Notes: generated by a model from the letters alone, not told the origin. Shown: positions 18,610 through 28,208, counted from the stretch's first letter. The stretch: 64,000 nt of DNA from an uncultured Actinomycetota bacterium (GCA_963815545.1 CAWFGY010000006.1:115348-179347); one strand, 5' to 3'. Translations and numbers: made by a program.

Positions 18610-19788
18610 ATGCGCCGCCACCGGTGTGCACGTCACTCTCGACGTATGTCGAGGTGGACGGGGCCCGCGGCGCGGCTCGCGCTCTGCGGGGGAGCCGGGG
18701 CGGCGATGGTCGTCCTGGCGCTGCCGGCGGTGTCGGGCGCGCGATGGGACGAGACCGGTGCCGCGCTGGGCGAGGTCGGGTTCACCGAGCTCGCGTTCCT
18801 GTTCGCGCTCTGGGCGGCCGGCCTCTGGGTGCACACCCCGTCGCTCACCGCGGCCCTGCCGGGGCTGTCCCACCGCCGCGCCCTGCTGCTCAACCTCACC
18901 GGCTCGTTCGTCTCCAACCTGCTCCCGCTCGGGGGCGCCGCCGGCACGGTCGTCAACTGGCGGATGGCGCGCACCTGGGGCTTCGGCGGCGTCGCGTTCG
19001 CCCGGTGGGCGGTGCTCACCAACCTCGCCGACACCGTCGTCAAGGTCGCCCTGCCCGGCGTCATCCTCTGCTGGGTCGCGACGTCCGGCACCGTGACCCA
19101 CGGCGCCGTGGGGGCCGCGGCGGTCGTCGGCACCGTGCTGCTCGGGGTGCTCGCGCTCGGGGTCGGCCTGGTCACGCGCGACGATCGGGCAGTGCGGTGG
19201 GCCGGGGGCCGGGCCGATGCCGTGGCCGCGAGGGTGCGGTGGGTGCCGTCCGCGCCCGAGGGGTACGGGGAGCGGGCAGCCGGCTTCCGCCGGGACAGCA
19301 CCCGGGTGGTCCGGGCCGGCTGGGGCCGGATGATCGGCGGGAAGCTGGCCTACGCAGCGCTTCAGGCGGTGCTGCTCTGGGCGTGTCTCCACGCGGTCGG
19401 CGGTCATGTCGAGCCCGTCCTGGTCGCCTGTGCGTACGCGGTCGAGCGGGTGCTGTCGATGATGGTCCTCACGCCCGGCGCGGTGGGTGCCGTGGAGGTC
19501 GGGATGGTCGGGGTGCTCGGCACCCTCGGGACGACACCCGTCGTGGCCGTCGCCGGGGTCCTCGTGTACCGGGCCCTCGTCATCGGGATGGAGGTGCCGG
19601 TGGGCGGGCTTGCACTGCTGGGCTGGTGCGCCCTGCGCCGGCGGGCGGGCCTCGGGTGGCGCCTGCCGACCGATGAGGACGCTCCGGCGCCCGTCGGAGT
19701 GAGTCCCGCGAGCACGGTGGCCGCGCCGGTCGCCACCACGACGGGGTCGGTCGTCACCACGACGGAGTCGGTCGTCACCACGCGGTAG
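18610..19788 (+). CDS. Lysylphosphatidylglycerol-synthase-TM-region / flippase-like (UPF0104) membrane protein
   Basis: ORF 392 aa, multi-TM, with LLNLTGSFVSNLLPLGGAAGTVVNWRMAR. An alternative start is at 18646. The C-terminus ends in a 21-bp tandem duplication (TTGSVVTTTESVVTTR). Confidence 0.65.
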   Translation: MRRHRCARHSRRMSRWTGPAARLALCGGAGAAMVVLALPAVSGARWDETGAALGEVGFTELAFLFALWAAGLWVHTPSLTAALPGLSHRRALLLNLTGSFVSNLLPLGGAAGTVVNWRMARTWGFGGVAFARWAVLTNLADTVVKVALPGVILCWVATSGTVTHGAVGAAAVVGTVLLGVLALGVGLVTRDDRAVRWAGGRADAVAARVRWVPSAPEGYGERAAGFRRDSTRVVRAGWGRMIGGKLAYAALQAVLLWACLHAVGGHVEPVLVACAYAVERVLSMMVLTPGAVGAVEVGMVGVLGTLGTTPVVAVAGVLVYRALVIGMEVPVGGLALLGWCALRRRAGLGWRLPTDEDAPAPVGVSPASTVAAPVATTTGSVVTTTESVVTTR

Positions 19789-19885
19789 CCGATGCAGTGG
19801 GAACGTCGTCGCCCACCGAGCGCGCGGCCTCCTGCCTGCCGCCGGTAGCGTGCGCCACGGGCCCGATCCGCGCCGGGAGGTGGTC

Positions 19886-20749
19886 ATGGGCGAGATCCGC
19901 GTCGGTATCTCCGGCTGGACCTACGCGGGCTGGCGCGGCGACTTCTACCCGTCCGGGCTCCTCCAGCGCCGCGAGCTGGCGTACGCCTCGGAGCGAATGG
20001 GGTCGATCGAGGTCAACGGCTCCTTCTACTCCCTGCAGCGGCCGACGTCGTACACGTCGTGGCGCGAGGAGACCCCGGACGGCTTCGTCCTCGCCGTCAA
20101 GGGGGGCCGGTTCATCACCCACATGAAGCGGCTCCGCGACGCCGAGTCCCCGCTGGCCAACTTCTTCGCCTCCGGGGTGCTCGCGCTCGGGCCGAAGCTC
20201 GGACCGGTTCTGTGGCAGGTGCCGGAGAGACTCGAGTACGACGCCGACCTGCTCGCCGCCTTCTTCACCCTGCTCCCGCGCACGCTCGGCGAGGCAGCCG
20301 ATCTCGCCCGGCGCCACGACGACAAGCTGGCCGAGGGGCGGGCGCTGACGACGCTCCCCGACGAGCTCGCCGGGCAGCGGGTCCGCCATGCGCTCGAGTT
20401 CCGCAGCGAGTCGTTCTGCACCGACGAGGCGGCCGCCCTGCTCCGCGCCCACGACGTCGCCACGGTGGTCGCGGACAGCGCCGGCCGCTGGCCCATGGCC
20501 GAGGCGGTGACCAGCGACCTCGTCTACGTGCGCCTGCACGGCGCCACCGAGCTGTACGCCAGCGGCTACAGCGACGACACCCTGGACGCGTGGGCGGCGA
20601 GGTGTCGACGGTGGGCGGAGACCTGTGACGTCGTCGCCTACTTCGACAACGACGCCAAGGGTCACGCTCCCCACGACGCCCTGCGCCTCATCGCGCGGCT
20701 TGGGACCGACCACGTCCCCGTCACCGTGCCGCCCGGGATGGACGGCTGA
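19886..20749 (+). CDS. DUF72 (UPF0759) family protein
   Basis: From MGEIRVGISGWTYAGWRGDFYP, with GGGAGG SD. Contains the hallmark IEVNGSFYSLQRP. Confidence 0.85.
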   Translation: MGEIRVGISGWTYAGWRGDFYPSGLLQRRELAYASERMGSIEVNGSFYSLQRPTSYTSWREETPDGFVLAVKGGRFITHMKRLRDAESPLANFFASGVLALGPKLGPVLWQVPERLEYDADLLAAFFTLLPRTLGEAADLARRHDDKLAEGRALTTLPDELAGQRVRHALEFRSESFCTDEAAALLRAHDVATVVADSAGRWPMAEAVTSDLVYVRLHGATELYASGYSDDTLDAWAARCRRWAETCDVVAYFDNDAKGHAPHDALRLIARLGTDHVPVTVPPGMDG

Positions 20750-20755
20750 GGCGGG

Positions 20756-21484
20756 TCAGGCCGGGGCGTCGCACGCGTCGAGCACAGCGCGCATCCCGGT
20801 CTCGACGACGCCGGAGTCGGTCGTCACCGCCAGGTAGCCGATGCCGTGGGCACGGAAGCGCAGGGCGTTGAGCGGGGTGCCGGCGAACGCCGCGACCTCG
20901 ATCCCCTGGCGACGGGCCGCAGCCACGACCCGGGCGATAGGCCCGTCCGGGGAGTCGTCGTCGAGGAGCGCGTCGACGGTGGTCCCGTGCGACAGCGCGA
21001 GGTCGTACGGCCCGATGAACAACCCGTCCACCCCGGGAGTAGCGGCGACGGCGTCGACCTCGTCGAGCGCCCCGGGCGTCTCGATCATGACCCAGCAGCG
21101 GACAGCCTGGTTCGCCGCCTCCGGCGTCGGCGCCTGACCGCCCCAAAGTGGTGCGAAGGGGCCCCAGCTGCGTTCTCCGAGAGGCGGGTAGCGGGCGGCG
21201 AGGGCGGCGGCCTGCGCGTCCACGGCGCCCGCGACGGACGGGACGACCACCCCGGCCGCGCCCGCGTCGAGGGCCGCGCCGACCCACGCGGCGTCGACCG
21301 ACGGCACGCGCACGAGCCACGGCACCGGCGAGTCCGCCAGAGCGCGTCCCACGCCGTGCAACGCGCCGCGGTCGACAGGGCCGTGCTGGGCGTCGACGGC
21401 GAGCCAGTCGAAGCCACCCTGCGACAGCCGACGGAGCAGGTCGACGTCGGCGGTCATCGTCCAGATGCCTCGGAGGTCCTCCAC
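20756..21484 (-). CDS. HpcH/HpaI aldolase / citrate-lyase beta family protein
   Basis: Contains GGFDWLAVDAQHGP...VRVPS...VMIETPGAL...DGLFIGPYDLALS. The start is uncertain: GTG 21484 or ATG 21457. Confidence 0.7.
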   Translation of the reverse strand: MEDLRGIWTMTADVDLLRRLSQGGFDWLAVDAQHGPVDRGALHGVGRALADSPVPWLVRVPSVDAAWVGAALDAGAAGVVVPSVAGAVDAQAAALAARYPPLGERSWGPFAPLWGGQAPTPEAANQAVRCWVMIETPGALDEVDAVAATPGVDGLFIGPYDLALSHGTTVDALLDDDSPDGPIARVVAAARRQGIEVAAFAGTPLNALRFRAHGIGYLAVTTDSGVVETGMRAVLDACDAPA

Positions 21485-21582
21485 GGGCTCATCGTGCCAG
21501 CGCGACCGGAAGCAACGGGTGACGTCGGCGCGTCGGCTCGAACTCCGTTGCCGGCCCGACGCCCGCTCGCGAGGATGGGCGG

Positions 21583-22323
21583 GTGGATCGCACCCAGACC
21601 TCCCGTATCGCGCACACCCACCACCCCATCGCCGCACCGCTCGCAGACCTCTCGGTCCGGGCGCTCCTCGAGCGGCTCGACCCCGCCCCCGACGGACGGG
21701 TCGTCGACCTCGGGTGCGGAGCCGGGGAGTGGCTGCTGAGGCTGCTGGCGCTGCGACCTGACCTGACGGCCACCGGAGTCGACCTCCACCTGCACCCCGA
21801 GCGCGAGGTCCGCGCGACCGACCGCGGTGTCGCGAGGCGCATCACCTGGGTGGAGGACGACGCCGCGACCTGGGCCGACGGCGTCCACGACGCGGTGCTC
21901 TGTGTGGGGGCGAGCCACGCGTTCGGGGGGCTGGACCCGATGCTCGAGTCGGTGCGCGGCCACCTGCGGCCCGGCGGCAGGTGTCTCGTCGGCGACGGCG
22001 TGTGGGAGCGCCCACCGTCGGCCGCCGCCCAAGAAGCGCTCGGCGCGACGCCGCAGGACTTCCCGTCCATCAGCGGTTTCGTCGAGACGGCACGTCGACA
22101 CGGCTTCGGCGTCGCCTATGCCCACACCAGCTCGACGGCGGAGTGGGACGAGTACGAGTGGTCCTGGACGGGGTCTCTGACCGAGTGGGCGCTGCAGCCG
22201 GTCACGGCGCCCGAGGACCGGGCCGCGGCGCTCGCAGCCGCGGAGGACCACCGCCGCGGCTGGCTCGAGGGGTACCGCGGCGAGCTGGGCTTCGTGAGCG
22301 CCGTCCTCGTCGACGCCCGCTGA
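21583..22323 (+). CDS. Class I SAM-dependent methyltransferase
   Basis: ORF 246 aa with motif I VVDLGCGAGEW. Confidence 0.7.
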   Translation: MDRTQTSRIAHTHHPIAAPLADLSVRALLERLDPAPDGRVVDLGCGAGEWLLRLLALRPDLTATGVDLHLHPEREVRATDRGVARRITWVEDDAATWADGVHDAVLCVGASHAFGGLDPMLESVRGHLRPGGRCLVGDGVWERPPSAAAQEALGATPQDFPSISGFVETARRHGFGVAYAHTSSTAEWDEYEWSWTGSLTEWALQPVTAPEDRAAALAAAEDHRRGWLEGYRGELGFVSAVLVDAR

Positions 22324-22331
22324 CCGACGGC

Positions 22332-23891
22332 TCAGCCGCCCGGACCGAGGGCCCGCACGGCGTCGATGGTGTCGGCCTCATCGGCGGCCTTGTCGTCGCG
22401 GTAGCGCAGCACCCGGGCGAACCGCAGCGCGACGCCGCCCGGGTAGCGGCTGGAGCGCTGGATGCCGTCGAGCGCGATCTCGACGACCTGCTCGGGGCGG
22501 ACGGTGACGACGTAGCCGTCGGTGGGGCCCTCGGCGAGCTCGGTGAACCGCTGGGTCTGCCAGCGCAGGGTCTCGTCGGTCATCCCCTTGAACGTCTTGC
22601 CGACCATCACGTAGCCACCGGTGGCGGGGTCGCGCGCTCCCAGGTGGATGTTCGACAGCCAGCCCTGGCGGCGCCCCGACCCACGCTCGACCGCGAGGAC
22701 GACGAGGTCGAGGGTGTGGGTGGGCTTGACCTTGACCCAGCCGCTGCCGCGCCGGCCCGCGGCGTAGGGGGCGGCGGCGTCCTTGACGACGACGCCCTCG
22801 TGCCCGGCCGCGACGAGCCGGTCGAAGAAGTCACCCGCCTCGCTCGGGTCGGACGTGAGCAGCCGCGGCACGAGCAGGTGCGGCGCGAGACCGGCCAGGA
22901 CCTGGTGGCGCTCGCCCGCCGGCGCATCGAGGAGGTCGCGACCGTCGGCGTGCAGGACGTCGAAGAGGTAGGTGGTGAGCGGCACCTCGGTGCGGAGCCG
23001 GGCGACGTCGGCCGAGCTGGCCGTGCGCGCCCCGGTGACCTGGAACGGAGCGGGACGCCCGTCACCCTCGAGGACGATCGCCTCGCCGTCGAGCACGAGG
23101 TCGCCCCCGGGCAGGGCCACGACGGCCTCGACGACCTCTGGGACGCGTTCGGTGATCTCGTCCAGGCTCCGGGTGAAGACGGTGACCTCGGCACCCGCCC
23201 GGTGGACCTGCACCCGGATGCCGTCGAGCTTGCCGTCGACGAGCATCTCGGCTCCGGCGAAGGCCTCGACCGCCGCGGCCGTCGTCTTCGCCGAGCCGGC
23301 GAGCATGGGCCGCAGCGGGCGGCCGACCACGAGGCCGACCTGCTCGAGGGCCTGCGACCCGCCGCGCGCCGCGAGCCCGGCGACCACGTGGGTGAAGCCG
23401 GCGAGCATGGTGGCCCGGCGCACGAGCGCGTCGGGCACGTCGAAGGCGCGGGCGACGGCGGCCAGCACGACACCGTCGAGCGCACCCTGACGGAGGTTGC
23501 CGGTCATGAGGTCGCGGAGGAAGCGCTGCTCGTCGGCGGTGGCACGGCTCATCAGCGCGGCCAGCTCGGCGCGTCGGGTCGTCGACGACCCGGAGCCGGC
23601 CGCCGCCGCGAGCCGGTCGAAGGCGGCGTCGGTGTCGCCGACGGTCAGGGACGGTTCGCCGGCGGGCTCGGGCGGCGACCCCAGCGAGCGATACCCGACG
23701 CCCAGCCGGCGCTGCGGGAGTACCCCGGACAGGAACGCGACGACGGTGCCGACCTCGTCGGCGTCAGCGCGCGCCAGCATCGCGGCGATGGCCTCGGTCT
23801 TCGCGGTGCGCGACCGGGTGGCGGCGACGGCCCGGGACACGGCGACGAGGTCGGCGAGCGTCGTCCCGGGTCGGGGCGCGGCGGCGTCCAT
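22332..23891 (-). CDS. ligB: ATP-dependent DNA ligase (LigB-type, about 519 aa)
   Basis: Adenylation motif I VDGKLDGIRVQVHR. Later motifs are LVLDGEAIV, EGVVVK and WVKVKP, and there is an N-terminal DNA-binding domain. Confidence 0.85.
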   Translation of the reverse strand: MDAAAPRPGTTLADLVAVSRAVAATRSRTAKTEAIAAMLARADADEVGTVVAFLSGVLPQRRLGVGYRSLGSPPEPAGEPSLTVGDTDAAFDRLAAAAGSGSSTTRRAELAALMSRATADEQRFLRDLMTGNLRQGALDGVVLAAVARAFDVPDALVRRATMLAGFTHVVAGLAARGGSQALEQVGLVVGRPLRPMLAGSAKTTAAAVEAFAGAEMLVDGKLDGIRVQVHRAGAEVTVFTRSLDEITERVPEVVEAVVALPGGDLVLDGEAIVLEGDGRPAPFQVTGARTASSADVARLRTEVPLTTYLFDVLHADGRDLLDAPAGERHQVLAGLAPHLLVPRLLTSDPSEAGDFFDRLVAAGHEGVVVKDAAAPYAAGRRGSGWVKVKPTHTLDLVVLAVERGSGRRQGWLSNIHLGARDPATGGYVMVGKTFKGMTDETLRWQTQRFTELAEGPTDGYVVTVRPEQVVEIALDGIQRSSRYPGGVALRFARVLRYRDDKAADEADTIDAVRALGPGG

Positions 23892-23931
23892 CCCCTCATC
23901 CTGCCGGTCGGCGCCGACATCGCCCCTGTAC

Positions 23932-24091
23932 CCGACTCGACCAATAGGTCACGCCAGGTACGCCTCCCTCACGTCCCGCCCGGCGCCTGCCGTACCGGAC
24001 GTGACCAATAGGTCACGCCAGGTACGCCCCCCTGCCGTCCCTCCCGTACCCGACGTGACCTGTTGGTCGATGTCGGGACGGCGAGGTCACG
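23932..24091. repeat. Family A repeats, locus 2 (three units, mixed orientation)
   Basis: TCGACCAATAGGTCACGCCAGGTACG (23947-23972) is the reverse complement of the locus-1 unit. GTACCGGACGTGACCAATAGGTCACGCCAGGTACG lies at 24002-24036, and a forward unit GACGTGACCTGTTGGTCGATGTCGGGACGG at 24062-24091 within the 24056-24091 segment. Confidence 0.85.
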
Positions 24092-24107
24092 GGGCGGACG
24101 ACCGCGC

Positions 24108-24542
24108 TCAGCGGTCGAGGCGCATCGGCACGTGCGGGATGCCGTCGTCGAGGAACTCGGCGCCGTCGCGCTCGAACCCCAGCCGCGCGTACCAGCCCTC
24201 CAGATGGCTCTGCGCGTCGAGGACCACCGGGCCCGCACTCGCCGCCAGCACCGCGCGGACCAGCGCGGCCGCCACCCCGGAGCCCCGGGCCGACGTCGCC
24301 GTCGCGACCCGCCCGACCCGCACACCGCCGCCCGGCTCCTCGAGCACCCGCAGCGTCCCGACGACCGCCCCGTCGCCCGCCTCGGCCCAGTACTGGCGGG
24401 CGCCGGGCTCGAGGTCGCGTCCGTCGAGGTCGGGGTAGAGGCACTCCTGTTCGAGGACGAACACGTCCTGGCGCAGCCGCATCAGCGCGTACAGCGTCTC
24501 GGCGGGCACCGCGCGCGTGGGCGCGGAGTGGATCGTCGTCAC
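24108..24542 (-). CDS. GNAT family N-acetyltransferase (ElaA-like)
   Basis: ORF 144 aa with LYALMRLRQDVFVLEQECLYPDLDG...RGSGVAAALV. Confidence 0.75.
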   Translation of the reverse strand: MTTIHSAPTRAVPAETLYALMRLRQDVFVLEQECLYPDLDGRDLEPGARQYWAEAGDGAVVGTLRVLEEPGGGVRVGRVATATSARGSGVAAALVRAVLAASAGPVVLDAQSHLEGWYARLGFERDGAEFLDDGIPHVPMRLDR

Positions 24543-24646
24543 GGCGCTCCTCCGGCGGGGTCGCTCGTCACCCTACGACGCACCGATGCCGCGCCGACGT
24601 CACCCCTGCGGCCCCACTGCGGGGACGTACGCGCGACGATGGACCG

Positions 24647-25333
24647 ATGACCGACATCGTCCAGGCGCCCCGGCTCATCGTCTTCGACGTCAACGAGACC
24701 CTCTCGGACCTGACCCCGGTCAGCGCCCGGTTCGCCGACCTCGGACTGCCCGAGCATCTCGCCGCCCCGTGGTTCGCCGGGGTGCTCCGCGACGGCCTCG
24801 CCCTCACCGTCACGGGCGAGAACCCGGCCTTCGCCGACCTCGCCCGGGCCTCCTTCCACTCCCTCGTGCACGGCCGACCGGATGCCCCCGACGACGTGGA
24901 CGCTGCCGCCTCCGAGATCCTCTCGACCTTCATGGACCTGTCCCTGCACCCGGACGTGGCGCCGGGCCTGCGGGCGCTGGCCGACCTCGGCATCCGGCTC
25001 GTCACCCTGAGCAACGGCTCGGCCGCGGTCGCGCAGGGGCTCGTCGAGCGAAGCGGGCTCGAGGGCGTCTTCGAGCACCTCCTCTCGGTGTCCGACGCCC
25101 CGCTGTGGAAGCCGGACGCCCGCGCGTACGCCTACGCGCTCGCGACCTGCGACGTCGAGGCCGAGGAGGCGATGCTCGTCGCGGTCCACCCCTGGGACAT
25201 CCACGGCGCTGTGTCGGCCGGCCTGCGCACCGCCTACCTCGCCCGGACCGGCACCCCGTACCCGCCGACCATGCGACCCCCCGAGCTGACGGTGGCCTCG
25301 CTCACCGAGCTCGCCGAGCGCCTCGGCGGCTGA
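24647..25333 (+). CDS. Haloacid dehalogenase type II / HAD hydrolase
   Basis: ORF 228 aa with motif I VFDVNETL, then LSNGS, KPDARAY and the C-terminal WD. Confidence 0.75.
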   Translation: MTDIVQAPRLIVFDVNETLSDLTPVSARFADLGLPEHLAAPWFAGVLRDGLALTVTGENPAFADLARASFHSLVHGRPDAPDDVDAAASEILSTFMDLSLHPDVAPGLRALADLGIRLVTLSNGSAAVAQGLVERSGLEGVFEHLLSVSDAPLWKPDARAYAYALATCDVEAEEAMLVAVHPWDIHGAVSAGLRTAYLARTGTPYPPTMRPPELTVASLTELAERLGG

Positions 25334-25375
25334 GCGGCGTCGCCCGGGAGGAGCCGGTGCCTGAACCGGTGACGG

Positions 25376-28119
25376 TCAGTGGCAGGCCTCGGAGCCGGAG
25401 TCGGTGAAGGTGCCGCCACCCTCGGGCAGGAACTCCCACTCGTAGCTGTCGTCGTGCAGGACCATCCGCAGCACCCCGAACGTCGACGCGTCACGCACCT
25501 CGCTGTTCGCGGCGACGCTCGGGATCGAGGTGTGGTTCGCCCCTCCGGTCCCGACGACGAACTGCCGGACCCCGGCCGGGGTCGCCGCGCCCGTGGAGTC
25601 CATCGGGGCGAACCGCTCGTAGGTGTGGTCGTGCCCGGTGAGGACGACCTCGGCGCCGGCGTCGACCAGCGCCTTGACCAGCGCCCGGGAGTTGGGGGCC
25701 GCCCGGCCGCCCGAGGACCACAGCGGGATGTGCCAGTAGGCCATCGTGCACCGGGCCGGGTGGGCCGCGAGGTCGGCGCGCAGCCACGTCTCCTGCGGCG
25801 ACCCGCTGCCGCAGCCACCGGCGTCGGAGCAGTTCGTGTTGAGGACCACGATGTGCCACGCGCCGAGGTCGTAGCTGTAGTAGCCCTTCCCCTGCTCTCC
25901 CGCGGCGGCGCCGAAGTAGGTGAAGTACCCGGTGGCGGTGCCGGTGGGGTCGCAGTCGGTGGCGTTCGGGCCGCCTTCGGCCACGTCGAGGTACTCGTGG
26001 TTGCCCACCGCGGGTCGCGTGATGGACCGGAACCGCCCCCAGCTCGGGTCGTACGACGCGAGGAACGCGTCGTATCCACCGCACTGGTACTGGATGTCGC
26101 CGAGGGCGGCGACGACGCTGACGTCCGTCTGGGCGAGGACGAGGTCGGACACGGCCTTCTGGCGGCACGCGTGGGAGGCGCCGGCCCCGCCGTTGAAATG
26201 GCCGTTCGTAGGGTCGCAGGCGATGTCGCCGGCCGCGAGGAGTACGGGGTCCGAGCTCGTCGTGGGCGGCTCCTTCGTCACGGCGACCGTGTCGTACACG
26301 AGGTCGGCCGTCCGGCCAGGGACGTTCTCGCCGAGCTGCACCCGCCCCACCGCCGTCGTCCCCAGGTCGGTCGTCAGGTCGAGCACCGTCGTCCCGTCCA
26401 GGGCCAGCCGGGCAGACCCCTGCGCCCCGGCGACGACGGCCTCCAGGGCCACGGTGTGCCACCCACCGGTCGGCAGGGACGCCGCGGCGTTCGTCGCGAC
26501 CCCGGTGACGGCGTTCCGGACACCGAGCACGCCGCTGGAGGTCACGTAGACCTCCGCGATCGCCGACCCGGTGCTCGTCCGCAGCTTGAGAAAGTTGACC
26601 GCCGGGCTCCCCGCGTGGCTGAGCCGGTTCACGCGCACCGAGACGCTCAGGTCGTCGACCGGCGGTGGCGAGCGAGCGGTAGGCGAACGCCGGCCCACCC
26701 GTCATCTCGCCACGCGCCGCCCAGTCCCCCTCGTCGACCACGGACTGCTGCACCGCCAGGCCGCTGCCCCCGGTCCACGCCGACAGGTCACCGGACTCGA
26801 ACCCGTCCGCGAACAGCGCCGGGACCGCCGGCGGCGGCGCCGGCGCGGGACCGGTCACCGCGACCGCGTCGTAGACCAGGTCGGCCGTGCGACCCGCAAC
26901 GTTCTCGCCGACCTGCACCCGCCCCACCCCGGTCGTCCCGAGGTCGGTCGTCAGGTCGAGCACCGTCGTCCCGTCCAGGGCCAGCCGGGCAGACCCCTGC
27001 GCCCCGGCGACGACGGCCTCCAGGGCGACGGTGTGCCACCCGCCCGTCGGCAGGGACGCTGTGGCGTTCGTCGCGACCCCGGTGACGGCGTTCCGGACGC
27101 CGAGCAGGCCGCTGGAGGTCACGTAGGCCTCCGCGATCGCCGACCCGGTGCTCGTCCGCAGCTTGACGAAGTTGACCGCCGGGCTCCCCGCGTGGCTGAG
27201 CCGGTTCACGCGCACCGAGACGCTCAGGTCGTCGACCGCGGTGGCGAGCGAGCGGTAGGCGAACGCCGGTCCGCCCGTCATCGCACCCCGCGCCGCCCAG
27301 CCCCCCTCGTCGACCACGGACTGCTGCACCGCCAGGCCGCTGCCCCCGGTCCACGCCGACAGGTCACCGGACTCGAAGCCGTCCGCGAACAGCGCCGGGA
27401 CCGGCGGCGGTCGGCGCCGGCGCGGGACCGGTCACCGCGACCGCGTCGTAGACCAGGTCGGCCGTGCGGCCCGCGACGTTCTCGCCGACCTGCACCCGCC
27501 CCACCGCCGTCGTCCCCAGGTCGGTCGTCAGGTCGAGCACCGTCGTCCCGTCGAGCAGCACCTCGGTACGACTTGAGGCGCCGTCGACGACGACGTGGAG
27601 CGCGACGCGGTGCCACGTACCGATGCCGAGGGTCCGCGTGCTGTTGGTCGAGGCGCCCAGGACGTCGTTGCGCACGCCGAGGACCCCGGCGGCGGTGACG
27701 TAGACCTCGGCGATGGCGGACCCGGACGAGGTGCGGACCTTGACGAAGTTGACCGCGCTCGACGTCGGGGCGCTGACGACCTGGACGCGCAGCGACGCGG
27801 TCAGCTCGGACACCGCCGAGGAGAGGGAGCGGTACGTGTACGCGGAGTCACCCGCCATCGTCGCCCGCGCCGCCCAGTCCCCCTCGGCGACCACGGCCTG
27901 CTGCGCCACGAGCCCGCCCCCGCCCGTCCACGCCGACAGGTCACCGGACTCGAAGCCGTCCGCGAACAACACGGGGGGCGCCGTCGCAACCGTGGCGACG
28001 TGTGCGGGGACGTCTGCTGCGGCAGCCTCGCGCCCGGCGCCCGGCGCCAGCACTGCCACCATCCCCAGGGCGACGGCGACTGCGGTGCCGGCCGGTACGA
28101 GAGACCGCGTCCATGCCAT
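25376..28119 (-). pseudogene. Secreted protein with three tandem repeat domains plus a C-terminal metallophosphoesterase, interrupted by two +1 frameshifts
   Basis: Three ORFs in three frames (27364..28119 with signal peptide, 25491..27329, 25376..26698) join into one reading frame if single extra G/C bases near 27413-27420 and 26660 are removed. The total of 2744 nt is not divisible by 3. The C-terminal domain has GDIQY, GNHEY and LTGHDHTYER motifs. Confidence 0.7.
26277..27975 (-). repeat. Three tandem 576/577-bp coding repeats (192-aa domain)
   Basis: The marker GACAGGTCACCGGACTCGAA recurs at 26782, 27358 and 27935. Each unit encodes FADGFESGDLSAWTGG...GRTADLVYD.VAVT. The two promoter-distal copies are nearly identical. 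Confidence 0.9.
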
Positions 28120-28208
28120 GACCGGACCTCCGGTTCGTGAGGTGACCCCTGTCGAGCGCCGACGAACGCCTTCGTGCGCCCACGTGCGCAGGCTATCGAC
28201 GCGCGCAA

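Noticed and set aside
18190-19800. Genomic island or integrated element next to the tRNA-Glu/Asp/Phe cluster
   Set aside because: There is no integrase, no direct repeat of a tRNA 3' end and no compositional shift. The downstream genes are ordinary membrane and metabolic genes.
25376-28119. Programmed ribosomal frameshifting to explain the split phosphoesterase gene
   Set aside because: Two independent +1 insertions would be required. No slippery heptamer or stimulatory structure is evident, and both lesions are simple extra G/C bases relative to sister repeats. A pseudogene or sequencing error is more parsimonious.
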